In this document: piece by piece, positions 37,175 through 46,665 of the stretch
How the letters are laid out: every line of letters starts with the position of its first letter
Numbering within the stretch: position 1 is the first letter of the stretch
Source of the DNA: Candidatus Latescibacter anaerobius SCGC AAA252-E07
GTDB taxonomy: Bacteria; Latescibacterota; Latescibacteria; Latescibacterales; Latescibacteraceae
Length of the DNA stretch: 51,363 nucleotides
NCBI GenBank assembly: GCA_000403035.1
Contig: AQSL01000164.1
Coordinates: 1 to 51,363 of the forward strand
Direction of reading: 5' to 3'
Translations under genes and position numbers: made by a program
Notes under the pieces: model-generated
What the model was told of the DNA's origin: nothing
Database searches by the model: none
Seen by the model: only the letters and a program-made list of their open reading frames with translations

Positions 37175-38347
37175 TCAATACCAGGCGTTCTCAATTCCTG
37201 TCCGGATAAAAGCTTCAAGATTTTCAAGCGGTGTTCCATACTCGATGAAATCAGCATCCTGGAGAATGAACTTCCCGCCGGGTTTGCCGATTTTCATGGT
37301 TTCTTCGGTTACCTTTTTTATCTGGTCAATGGTGCCGTCCTTGATGATATTTACATGGTCGACGCTTCCAAGTATTACATATTCGCCGTTAACCATTTCT
37401 TTTGCTTTCGCAAGATCGGCGTCGCCAAGCGGAGGAGGTGAAAAGGGTTCAACAACTCTGACACCCAGATCCTTATATGATTCTACGAGGTTCATGATTT
37501 CTCCGCAATTATGATACATGCCGGGCGTACCGTTTTCCTGGACAATATCGATATATTTTTTTTCATACGAGAGAATATATTCGTCATAAAATTTCTTTCC
37601 GAGAAAACCGCCGGGGACATTCCCTCCGACACAATGCACATCAACACCGGCAGCATCAATTGCCCTGGTATAATCGATAATTCTGTCCATTGCGAAATTC
37701 ATGAGCTTATCGTAATATGGCTGATCGATGAGAAACAACTGATACAGCTCATCGAGCCGGATAAGTGAAGAGGCATTATTAAATGGGCCATGGGGAGACC
37801 ATGAACCAAGAATTCCGTCATCGCCGAGTGCATCTTTTACTTTTTTAACTCTCTGTTTCACCTGTTCCGGCCAGAATTCAGGCATTCGTGGTTCATACTT
37901 TATAAGAATATCAAGGTCGGATTCTTTTTCGACAGGTTTTTTCGTACATGCAAACATGAATGTACCCGGGCGAATCTCATTGATCGAGAAATCCTGAGTG
38001 AGCGTTCCATCCGGTGTTTTTATTGAAGAACGCTTTATTACTGTGTCCCCATGCTGGATATCCTCGGTATGGACTTCCCAATTTTCGGTCTGCTGGGAAA
38101 CATCCACTCCACCCATGTGAATATGAAGCGGATCGTTAATATCATACAGCATTCTGATAAAAACATCACAACCTAACTGTTTTTGAATCTCGATTACTTT
38201 CAATTGGAGTTGCGTTAAATCCCAGGGATCAATATCTGGATACACCTGGCTAATGAAATGTCCCTGTTCCACAATGAATAAAGTCACCGGGACTCTGTCC
38301 GGCATTTCGCCGTTAAGCACTTTCAAAAATCTTTCGCGTGATGTCAT
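37175..38347 (-). CDS. Uroporphyrinogen decarboxylase (URO-D/MtaA-like) family protein
   Basis: 390 aa. The overall pattern (N-terminal RERFLKVLNGEMPDRVP and a late HNCG motif) is typical of URO-D-family methyltransferase/decarboxylase homologs. Confidence 0.7.
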   Translation of the reverse strand: MTSRERFLKVLNGEMPDRVPVTLFIVEQGHFISQVYPDIDPWDLTQLQLKVIEIQKQLGCDVFIRMLYDINDPLHIHMGGVDVSQQTENWEVHTEDIQHGDTVIKRSSIKTPDGTLTQDFSINEIRPGTFMFACTKKPVEKESDLDILIKYEPRMPEFWPEQVKQRVKKVKDALGDDGILGSWSPHGPFNNASSLIRLDELYQLFLIDQPYYDKLMNFAMDRIIDYTRAIDAAGVDVHCVGGNVPGGFLGKKFYDEYILSYEKKYIDIVQENGTPGMYHNCGEIMNLVESYKDLGVRVVEPFSPPPLGDADLAKAKEMVNGEYVILGSVDHVNIIKDGTIDQIKKVTEETMKIGKPGGKFILQDADFIEYGTPLENLEAFIRTGIENAWY

Positions 38348-38519
38348 TTTGATATCCCCTGCTCAGATTCGGTAACGTTTGACAAACTTCATGTAATATG
38401 AAACTATCGAATTATATCTTTGAAATCAAGTAAATAAACAATTGTAATCAGTTTGAAAAGAACCGATACGCTTTTCTGTCATTCAATCAGTAAAATTGCG
38501 ACTCTTTGCTACCGGATTT

Positions 38520-39488
38520 TTATTTGCTCATACCAAGGGAACTGAGTGACCGTTCCAGAATTGCCAAAATGAGCGATTTGAATGATATTCCCGAAGCTGC
38601 CGCCTGCCTGACAAATATCCCCGAAACGGTCGAAAGTCCCGGGAGCGCATTCACCTCGAGAAGGTAAGGAAGCCCGTTTTTGCCTGTCCTGAAATCAAAT
38701 CGTGCATAATCACGGCATTCGAGAACATTCCAAACCGTTAATGCCATGTTTTCCATTTCAGTGATTCGACTCCTGTCAATTGCAGGAGTCATATCGAGGC
38801 GGTCGGTATTGTGACGTTTGTATTCGTAACTGAAAAATGGAATATCATCCTCATGACCGAGCAGAACCTCACATGTTGTTAATGTATAAGGTGGATTATT
38901 CCCAAGTATTCCAATACAGAAATCGCGTCCTTCCATATAATTCTCAACTAACGCCGGCTGGTTATAATCATTTAGTATTATCGCGATTCTTTCAACAAAG
39001 TCTTCCATGTTCTTAACCAGGGAACAATTATAGATGCCGCGGCTTGAACCATCACAGTTCGGTTTTACAAATGCCGGAAATCCGAACGAAGGCGGTGCAT
39101 CCGGGATTTTATAATAAAGTTCAAATTCTGATGTTCGGATACCGACATCTCTTGCGATACGTTTTGTCAGCGCTTTGTCCATCGTTATACCCAATGTAAC
39201 GGCATCAGAACCGGTACAGGGTATTCCGAGCATACTGCAGATAACGGGAACAAACGATTCCCGGTCACGGTTTCCCCAGCCCTCGGCAATATTGAATAGT
39301 ATATCGGGCCGTTCTTCTGTGATTCGGGTAATGAAGCTCTCGTCGCATGGTAAAGGCACAACCCCGCCTTTCAATGAAAGCACGTCGGATAGAGCATCTA
39401 TCGTATCCGTTGTTTCATACTCTGCATGAGTATCCGTACCTTTCGTGGAAGGATCTTTCAGATTATATGCGAACCCTATCCTGAGCAT
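38520..39488 (-). CDS. ATP-grasp enzyme, D-alanine--D-alanine ligase-like
   Basis: The N-terminal pre-ATP-grasp region is IAEGWGNRDRESFVPVICSMLGIPCTG. KALTKRIA, FVKPNCDGSSRGI and LLEVNALPGL are Ddl-family motifs. Confidence 0.75.
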   Translation of the reverse strand: MLRIGFAYNLKDPSTKGTDTHAEYETTDTIDALSDVLSLKGGVVPLPCDESFITRITEERPDILFNIAEGWGNRDRESFVPVICSMLGIPCTGSDAVTLGITMDKALTKRIARDVGIRTSEFELYYKIPDAPPSFGFPAFVKPNCDGSSRGIYNCSLVKNMEDFVERIAIILNDYNQPALVENYMEGRDFCIGILGNNPPYTLTTCEVLLGHEDDIPFFSYEYKRHNTDRLDMTPAIDRSRITEMENMALTVWNVLECRDYARFDFRTGKNGLPYLLEVNALPGLSTVSGIFVRQAAASGISFKSLILAILERSLSSLGMSK

Positions 39489-40606
39489 TTATTCTCCAGA
39501 GATAAACAGAAATCGTGAATATGCGTTAATGCCTTTTGAAATAAAGCAGGCGGCTGCCCGATATTTAATCTGAAATGGTTTTCAACCTCGAAAGTATTTC
39601 CGGGGAGCACAAAAACACCATGTTTTTGTATCAGTCCCCGTGTAAAATCTTCGCTGAGGAGTTGATAATCATATCGCGGAAAAGCGACTGCCCCACCTTG
39701 AGGAGGAATAAGAGAAAGACCATAAGTATTCTGAACCATCTCTTCCAGCGAGGAGCGATTACTCCGTAGAACAGAACAGTTATTTTCAAGGAAAGCAGGC
39801 GCATTTTCCAGAGCCACCGCGGCGAGAAAATCGCTCACAGGCGACAGAGTATGAGTTATGTAATCCCTGAAATCACGTATCCTGTAAATAAGCGATTGAG
39901 GAGCAACAATCCAGCCCATCCTGAGTCCTACCAGTCCAAAACATTTTGTTATCGACCCGGTGGCGATAACATTTTCATCCGGACGGGCAAACGATGTAAT
40001 CGGCGGATTCCCTCCAACCGGCAGAAATCTGTAATGTTCATCTACAATTACCATGGCACCATGGAATGCGGCTTTTTTCAGAATTTTTCCGGCTACATCA
40101 TCGGGCAGCATACTACCTGATGGATTATGAGGTGTATTTATTACAACCACACCGGTCGTGTCATCAATAAGATTGCATACTTCATCAGGTTCCGGAATAA
40201 ATCTTCTTTTCGAATCAAGATGGTAAAATTTTAATTGAGCGCCCAGGGCCCGCGGGACTTCATACAGCGCCTGGAACGAGGGAAACGGTACAACGACCGA
40301 GGTTCGTTGTTCCAGGCTTATGCAAAAAAGAATAAACAGGGCTTCGCTCGTTCCGGTGGTAACCGTAATGTTTTCAGGATTTATATCATTCCCGTAGGTT
40401 GCGGAAATTGCGCTTCTCAAACGTTCCGTACCACGGGTATCGTTATCTTTCAGAATGAGTTCGGAGATTGATTCGGTGGTTTCGCCACACCTGCTCAGCA
40501 ATTCTCCGACGGTAACATCAGGCATACCGCTTTCGCCAAGATTAAAAGGACAAAAATCCTTGTATTCGGCAAGCCAGTTCTCCATTAAAAAACGACGTAA
40601 TCTCAC
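39476..40606 (-). CDS. Class I/II PLP-dependent aminotransferase
   Basis: NTPHNPSG and SITKCFGLVGLRMGW (PLP lysine) motifs. The start is either GTG 40606 (GTGA overlap with the upstream stop) or ATG 40585. Confidence 0.85.
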   Translation of the reverse strand: MRLRRFLMENWLAEYKDFCPFNLGESGMPDVTVGELLSRCGETTESISELILKDNDTRGTERLRSAISATYGNDINPENITVTTGTSEALFILFCISLEQRTSVVVPFPSFQALYEVPRALGAQLKFYHLDSKRRFIPEPDEVCNLIDDTTGVVVINTPHNPSGSMLPDDVAGKILKKAAFHGAMVIVDEHYRFLPVGGNPPITSFARPDENVIATGSITKCFGLVGLRMGWIVAPQSLIYRIRDFRDYITHTLSPVSDFLAAVALENAPAFLENNCSVLRSNRSSLEEMVQNTYGLSLIPPQGGAVAFPRYDYQLLSEDFTRGLIQKHGVFVLPGNTFEVENHFRLNIGQPPALFQKALTHIHDFCLSLENKCSG

Positions 40607-41715
40607 CGGTTCACTCCGCAGGATAGTGCCGATATAGATTCTACAACCCTCTGTGAGAGGGGTCTCGCATCGGTTTCTTCAAGATATTTGTACCATTCGT
40701 TTATACACTCACAGTATTCATATTCAAGCGATTCAGAATCACGGAATATATTGTACCTATTCAATAAACCATGAATCAATCTCTCCGTACAGGAAGGACA
40801 ACCCACAGGAATTCTGTCAGGCAGAGGCATGTGCACGAAAGGACTGACATAGGGTTTTATGTCCGGAACAACCTGCTTCAATACTTTGTAAATTGAATAA
40901 AGAGAAGGAAGTCTGATACTATTGTGCTTTAATAATAATTCAACAAGTGTATGGCTTTGAAGAGTTATCGGTTCTATATGAATTTCATCTGCGCCCATAT
41001 CACGAGCAGATCGAATTGAAATTACCGCATCCTCAATGGCTTCCGATTCGGTTAAAAACGGTAGTCCTAAAAGTACATATATCTGTGCTTCGGCGATTCC
41101 ATTCAGTGTTTCAACAGCTCTATCAATTTCCAGGAACGTACTTCCCTTGTTGACACAGAGTTCTCTTTTCGTATCATCCGATGTTTCTAAGCCGATTGCA
41201 ATTGATAAAATTTTATTGGGCCCGAGAATTTCCCGCAATAATGCAATGATGTCAGCGTGGACAAATTCAGCGCGGCTTTCCAGAACGACTTTTTTAATCG
41301 AATGAAACTTCCCTATTTCTGCCAGAATGTCTTTCAGTGCCTCGAAGTTCAATTCGGAAGGGTTCAATACCGACCCGGAATTATAGAGCGAAATGATGGA
41401 TATATGTTTCATGTCATATTTTGCAATTTCGCTGCGAAATTGTACCACCGTCTCATCGACTGTCGGAACACCGCCCTGAAGGGTGCCGGCATAATGCCCG
41501 CACATTACGCAACCGCCACCACGCTTCACCCAGGTACATCCCGGCCCTCGTAACGTAATAACAAGACGATTTACCGGCTGACCGTTTAGATAGCCGGTAC
41601 GAATATCCGATGAGGCTGCCCTGTCGTGGGGAAAAGAGGTGATTGGCGTGGCTGCCCGAATGGAGCGCATTACACTCCGGAGAGCTTCAACTGACGTTTT
41701 ACATACCGTTTTCAT
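40603..41715 (-). CDS. Radical SAM enzyme with atypical Cx8Cx2C spacing (possibly TIGR01210/RaSEA-like group)
   Basis: The only cluster-like motif is GPGCTWVKRGGGCVMCGH. An Elp3-type TIM-barrel-like middle region follows (SIISLYNSGS, GLETSD). The C-terminus has CPSC...CEC cysteines. Confidence 0.65.
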   Translation of the reverse strand: MKTVCKTSVEALRSVMRSIRAATPITSFPHDRAASSDIRTGYLNGQPVNRLVITLRGPGCTWVKRGGGCVMCGHYAGTLQGGVPTVDETVVQFRSEIAKYDMKHISIISLYNSGSVLNPSELNFEALKDILAEIGKFHSIKKVVLESRAEFVHADIIALLREILGPNKILSIAIGLETSDDTKRELCVNKGSTFLEIDRAVETLNGIAEAQIYVLLGLPFLTESEAIEDAVISIRSARDMGADEIHIEPITLQSHTLVELLLKHNSIRLPSLYSIYKVLKQVVPDIKPYVSPFVHMPLPDRIPVGCPSCTERLIHGLLNRYNIFRDSESLEYEYCECINEWYKYLEETDARPLSQRVVESISALSCGVNR

Positions 41716-42353
41716 TCGAAAAAATATATACGTTTTTCACTTTTTTTACAAATGATTTCAATTTCTTTTGTTGTTACAAAGTTCATAATCATTACTGTTA
41801 TTCATCATGATGCTCTTTTAATAAATGTATTGAGTTACACTGATACTATTCGAATTATATATGATTATATATTGATAATTTTTAAGTTCTGTAAAAAAAA
41901 CAATCAAGTTTCATGTTTAATCTGTCGAGGGTCACCGTGAAGTTTTCATTTACATGCACTTGTCAGTAACACATGATTATACTATTTACTAATTACAAAA
42001 CAATTATTTAATTCTTATCATTGATACTGATTTCCCGTTTTCGTAATCTATTGTAAAAATAATCTATATAAAGAGCACAACACAATTTTATTCATTCATA
42101 CATGGATTTTCAAGGATTATCTGTAATCCTCTGCAAATCCGATTTTCAAACATATCATCTTAATACAAAATTGTTTATCTTGACCATACATGCTAAATAC
42201 TATATTATTAGACATCCGTGAAAAATATTTTTCATTTAAAAAAGTGTAAATTGTGCAGTTACTAAAAAAACATACTATTTGTTTTTTTCGATTACATCAA
42301 GATTAAAAAGTCAAGTATTTTAATGTACAAATACCTTTAGTATAAGGCAAAAT

Positions 42354-44051
42354 ATGGCATTTTCAATACCCGATAAAATTTTTAAATTTCTCTACTTTTT
42401 GCTTTCGATTCTTTCAATTGTAGGTGTAATTGAAATTTTACTTGTGAAAGGTTTTTTCTTCGAAAAACCTGATTATTTACTGATAATTACTCTCATTACA
42501 CATATTTCAATAATTACGCTTTATTTATTCTGGATAGCAGGGAGTATCTTAAAAACCGGTTGGAATCCAAGAACAATAATGCCTGACCTCATTCTTACAG
42601 GTCTTCTTGTGGTCATGAAATTTCCCGTTCAACTGGGAGGAAGTCTCGTTTCATTCAGAATTATCTTTTCGCTTGCCGCCGTTTTTTTTAAAAGAACCCA
42701 AATATCTACATTTTTTGCACAGATACGTCTTAATCCCTCAAGGCTTCTTATTCTATCGTTTATAGCGGCAATACTGGTTGGAGTTATGCTTTTGATGTTT
42801 CCTGCAGCAACAGTAGATCATAGAGGGGCGAGCTTTGTAGATGCTGTTTTTACATCAACTTCCGCAGTATGTGTAACCGGGCTCATCGTACAGGACACCG
42901 GTTCCTTTTTTTCAGTTTTCGGGCAGATAATAATTGCAATACTTATACAACTCGGCGGACTCGGGATTATGACATTTTCCAGCCTGTTTGCAATGATTGT
43001 TGGCAGACATTTGGGTTTAATGCATGAAGAACACATGCGTGGGATACTGGACCAGGGCAACAGAGTTGATATATACAAGCTCATTTCACATATTATCATT
43101 ATAACTGTAGTCTTCGAATCATTTGGCGCTTTTCTCCTTTTTTTCAAATGGCTGCCGGGTATGAGTATTCAGAATGCCGCATTTGATGCGGTTTTCCATT
43201 CCATTTCCGCATTTTGCAACGCTGGATTCAGTCTCTATTCCGACAGTCTCTCACGGTATGTCGATGATGTCTATGTAAATGTGGTTTTTATGACACTTAT
43301 AATTTTTGGCGGACTCGGATTTTTTGTAATCAATGATCTACGACAAAATTCCCGTCATTTTAATCCGCTTTCAATACGATGGCACCGGATTTCAGCTCAC
43401 ACGAAAATTGTAATAATAACCACTATGTTCCTTTTGTTTACAGGCACATTGTTTGTTTTCTTTTTTGAATTTGACAACACCATGCTGAAACTTTCAACAT
43501 CGGGTAAACTTTTAGCCGCTGCGTTTCAATCCGTCACTTTACGTACCGCGGGTTTTAATACTTTAGAAATCAGCGGTTTAAAAGATACGACTCTTTTCCT
43601 GTGTATTGTGCTGATGTTTATTGGTGCTTCACCTTCTTCTACCGGTGGAGGGATTAAAACGACAACGTTTGCCGTTCTGATTCTGTCGGTGCGTTCATTA
43701 TTATTATCAAGGAATAAAGTTGAGGTGTTCAACAGAACAATTTCCTCCCAGACAGTCTATAAATCTGTTGCAATTTTACTTTTTTCATCTTCATTTCTTA
43801 TTTTATTCTGTGTATTGTTACTCGAAACACAGGAGGGCTCTTTTTTGGATATTCTATTTGAGGCTACTTCAGCAATTGGTACAGTCGGACTTTCCACCGG
43901 TGTAACCAACCATCTCAACGGAATCGGGAAAATTCTCGTATCATTACTGATGTTTATCGGCAGAGTTGGACCTCTGACCGTTGCTCTTGCGCTCGGAGAG
44001 GTGAGAAAAGTAAATGTAGAGTTTCCTTCAACAAACATATCTGTCGGATAA
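42354..44051 (+). CDS. trkH: TrkH/KtrB family potassium transporter subunit
   Basis: 565 aa polytopic protein with repeated selectivity-filter-like motifs (TGL, GLG, NAGF, STGGGIKT, TVGLSTG). Confidence 0.9.
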   Translation: MAFSIPDKIFKFLYFLLSILSIVGVIEILLVKGFFFEKPDYLLIITLITHISIITLYLFWIAGSILKTGWNPRTIMPDLILTGLLVVMKFPVQLGGSLVSFRIIFSLAAVFFKRTQISTFFAQIRLNPSRLLILSFIAAILVGVMLLMFPAATVDHRGASFVDAVFTSTSAVCVTGLIVQDTGSFFSVFGQIIIAILIQLGGLGIMTFSSLFAMIVGRHLGLMHEEHMRGILDQGNRVDIYKLISHIIIITVVFESFGAFLLFFKWLPGMSIQNAAFDAVFHSISAFCNAGFSLYSDSLSRYVDDVYVNVVFMTLIIFGGLGFFVINDLRQNSRHFNPLSIRWHRISAHTKIVIITTMFLLFTGTLFVFFFEFDNTMLKLSTSGKLLAAAFQSVTLRTAGFNTLEISGLKDTTLFLCIVLMFIGASPSSTGGGIKTTTFAVLILSVRSLLLSRNKVEVFNRTISSQTVYKSVAILLFSSSFLILFCVLLLETQEGSFLDILFEATSAIGTVGLSTGVTNHLNGIGKILVSLLMFIGRVGPLTVALALGEVRKVNVEFPSTNISVG

Positions 44052-44165
44052 AACACATGGAAAGAACATCGGAATATCACATTATCATCGGGGAAATATA
44101 ATAATTCTTCAATCATAACAGAATATGAAACCACGTGCAAAAAGAGCGAGGTTGTAAAAGAATGT

Positions 44166-44386
44166 GAGGAGGGCGGTGAAAAAGTCTTTTCACACGCCCC
44201 TGTTTGAAATATATGTCTGTGGTGCTGTCAAGGGCAAGACAAGCTGGCCTTTATGTAATTACATTGTATTTCAATATATTACTGCAAACAGAAATTTGTC
44301 GGTTCTTTAAAAACCGTGCTGCAAGGGCCAGCTCTTGACAGCGCATTACCCGGAGATTATGAGTTTTTCACCAGACTTTTAGAAGC
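44166..44386 (+). repeat. Modular intergenic repeat, copy E (long subfamily)
   Basis: Same architecture as copy A. The inner stem is GCTGGCC/GGCCAGC, a compensated change versus GCCGGCC/GGCCGGC in A. It has a 76-nt AT-rich insert and ends with TTGACA-N17-TATGAG-TTTTTCACC. Confidence 0.85.
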
Positions 44387-44589
44387 ATTAGGAAAAAATA
44401 ACATTTGTATTTTTTATGTTGTTTTGTGAATACTGTATAAATCTTTTTTGCATGTAATGATTTTAATTAAACCGGATATACTTTATATACGATATATGAA
44501 TGTGCTGGCTCCGGAATATAGGTACTTTGCAGGCATAGATTTGTAGCTGCATGATCCGTACTAATACTTATTGCATAAAGGTAAAAAAA

Positions 44590-45279
44590 ATGAAGCGATT
44601 TCTTGTTATCGGCCTGGGACAGTTCGGTTCCGAACTTGCTAAGATTCTTCATAGTAAGGGTGCCGAGGTTATTGCTGTTGACAGCAATATGGACCTTGTC
44701 GAAGATTTTAAGGATTTGGTTACCAAAGCAGCATGCATTGACTCTACGGACAAAGAAGCTCTTGCTACCTTACAACTTGAACAAATCGACGCAGCCATTG
44801 TAGCAATCGCAGAAAACCGTGAGGTGAGTATTCTCACAACTGCAATTTTAAACGAGCTCGGAGTGGAAACGATAATTGCCCGGAAATCTGAAAATTTACA
44901 CGGTAAAATACTGGAAAAAGTCGGGGCATCACGAGTCATATCACCGGAACTCAATGTTGCCGAACAACTTGCCCGTAGTCTTATTTCACCAGGGCTTTTG
45001 GAACACATCGCGCTTCCCGACGGACATACGATTTCCCAGGTAGAAGCGCGTGAAGATTTCTACGATAAAACACTTATCGAACTCGATTTACGGCATAATT
45101 ACGGTCTTCTTGTCGTTGGCATACAAAGGAAAAAACCCAGGGTTAACGAATCCGGAGAGATTTTTTTTGAAACCGAGAACATCAGTCTTCCCTCTGCTAA
45201 AGAAATAATAAAGAAAGACGATATTTTAATTCTTGTCGGCATGAAAGAGGATATTGAATCTTTCTTGATGAGGAGATAA
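44590..45279 (+). CDS. trkA: TrkA/KtrA potassium uptake regulatory subunit (RCK_N plus RCK_C)
   Basis: MKRFLVIGLGQFGSELA Rossmann motif and a C-terminal TrkA-C-like segment. The start is taken at ATG 44590. Confidence 0.85.
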   Translation: MKRFLVIGLGQFGSELAKILHSKGAEVIAVDSNMDLVEDFKDLVTKAACIDSTDKEALATLQLEQIDAAIVAIAENREVSILTTAILNELGVETIIARKSENLHGKILEKVGASRVISPELNVAEQLARSLISPGLLEHIALPDGHTISQVEAREDFYDKTLIELDLRHNYGLLVVGIQRKKPRVNESGEIFFETENISLPSAKEIIKKDDILILVGMKEDIESFLMRR

Positions 45280-45285
45280 TCTCCG

Positions 45286-46662
45286 ATGAAACATCAACGA
45301 AAACCAATACTTAAAAAAATAACTGCCTTTTTTATACATTTATCCATACAGCGAAGGATAACTGCAGCTATATTTTTAGCATTTATACTTATTCTTCCCT
45401 CGGTATTCATGTCGTTGTTCTATTTTTCCAGTCTTTTAGAGGAAATTACGATAATCATCGAAACAGATGTAAAACTGGGAAAAATGGCGAATGATCTTTC
45501 ATTGACAATGCTCGATATAAGGCGTTATGAGAGAAACTACCTGGTATTCGGCAGTGCGGCAGAACGTGAGAAGGTTGAAAAATTAATTGTACATGCCGAT
45601 TCAGCACTCAAAATTGCCTATGAAATCGCGCCTGAATCCGAGCGGAAATCGGTACAAGAGCTTTCCCGGCAATTTACCGTGTATTCCAACAGTTTCAGTA
45701 TGCTTGTTGAACACACTTTGCAAAACCCTCCGGAAGACAGGATTAACACCATTAAAAACCGTTTTTCAAAAAGCTTCAATGAATTCCAGTCAAATTACAG
45801 ACATATTCTCACCATGCTCAATCAGGCCTCGGAGGCAGAAAGGGATTCGATCATCGCCATAGCTAGCGAGCATCTGGATGCCTCATCATTTGACAGGCTT
45901 ATCAACATTGAAACTTCTTCGGATCAATCCGTACTGCCGTCCTACATCCAGGAAAATCTTGACAATTCCCGGCAGTCTTTTCTGCTACTGGCGCATGATC
46001 TTGCAGAAAAAAGCTGGAAAAATGTGTTAACCCGAAAAAACGAAAGCCAGCGTATAGAAGCACGGGCAATACGTAATATTTTATCCGTCCTTATACTGAC
46101 CGGCATTATCTGTATTTTTTTAGTCACACTGCTGCCCAAAAGAATTGTCAGACCTATTAAAGTATTAAACCGGATTTTAAAACATGCCGGGAAGGGAGAT
46201 TTCAGTACACAGGCGCCTATTTACACCAATGACGAAATTGGCGAGCTTGCAGGTAACTATAATGATGTGCTGGATCAATTGCGGCTTTATGATAACCTCA
46301 AAACAGGTAAAATTGCTTCCCAGAAACGTATCCTGGACCGTCTGCTGGAAAATCTTCCCATGCCGGTATGTATCGTGACCGTTAATTTCATTGCTCCTTT
46401 TTATAACACATCGTTTGCACAAATTTTTGGTTCATCCGTGCCTGTTAAACCTCCTGATGGAGGTCTGGAAATTGAAAATATTGAAGTGATGAATAATTTT
46501 GCAGATGAACTCAAGAAAAAAATGTCGGGTACAAAAAATAACATTTTTCTTGATATACATGACCGTGACGGTGAGGTTGTCAAGTTAAAAGGACGTCTTA
46601 TCCGAAATTCCGTTATGGAACTTGAATCTGTTGTTATCGTCGGTGTTTCCGAAAAAACTTAA
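45286..46662 (+). CDS. Membrane sensor protein: helical periplasmic domain, HAMP, PAS-like C-terminus and no recognisable output domain
   Basis: Two TM segments. The HAMP segment is PIKVLNRILKHAGKGDFSTQAPIYTNDEIGELAGNYNDVLDQL. No H-box, GGDEF or MCP signalling motifs are seen. Confidence 0.65.
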   Translation: MKHQRKPILKKITAFFIHLSIQRRITAAIFLAFILILPSVFMSLFYFSSLLEEITIIIETDVKLGKMANDLSLTMLDIRRYERNYLVFGSAAEREKVEKLIVHADSALKIAYEIAPESERKSVQELSRQFTVYSNSFSMLVEHTLQNPPEDRINTIKNRFSKSFNEFQSNYRHILTMLNQASEAERDSIIAIASEHLDASSFDRLINIETSSDQSVLPSYIQENLDNSRQSFLLLAHDLAEKSWKNVLTRKNESQRIEARAIRNILSVLILTGIICIFLVTLLPKRIVRPIKVLNRILKHAGKGDFSTQAPIYTNDEIGELAGNYNDVLDQLRLYDNLKTGKIASQKRILDRLLENLPMPVCIVTVNFIAPFYNTSFAQIFGSSVPVKPPDGGLEIENIEVMNNFADELKKKMSGTKNNIFLDIHDRDGEVVKLKGRLIRNSVMELESVVIVGVSEKT

Positions 46663-46665
46663 AAA

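Noticed and set aside
41716-42353. A c-di-AMP (ydaO-type) riboswitch in the 638-bp AT-rich spacer upstream of trkH
   Set aside because: The region lacks the G-rich conserved helices of that riboswitch. It looks like plain AT-rich promoter DNA, with a possible TTGACC-N17-TATTAT near 42181.
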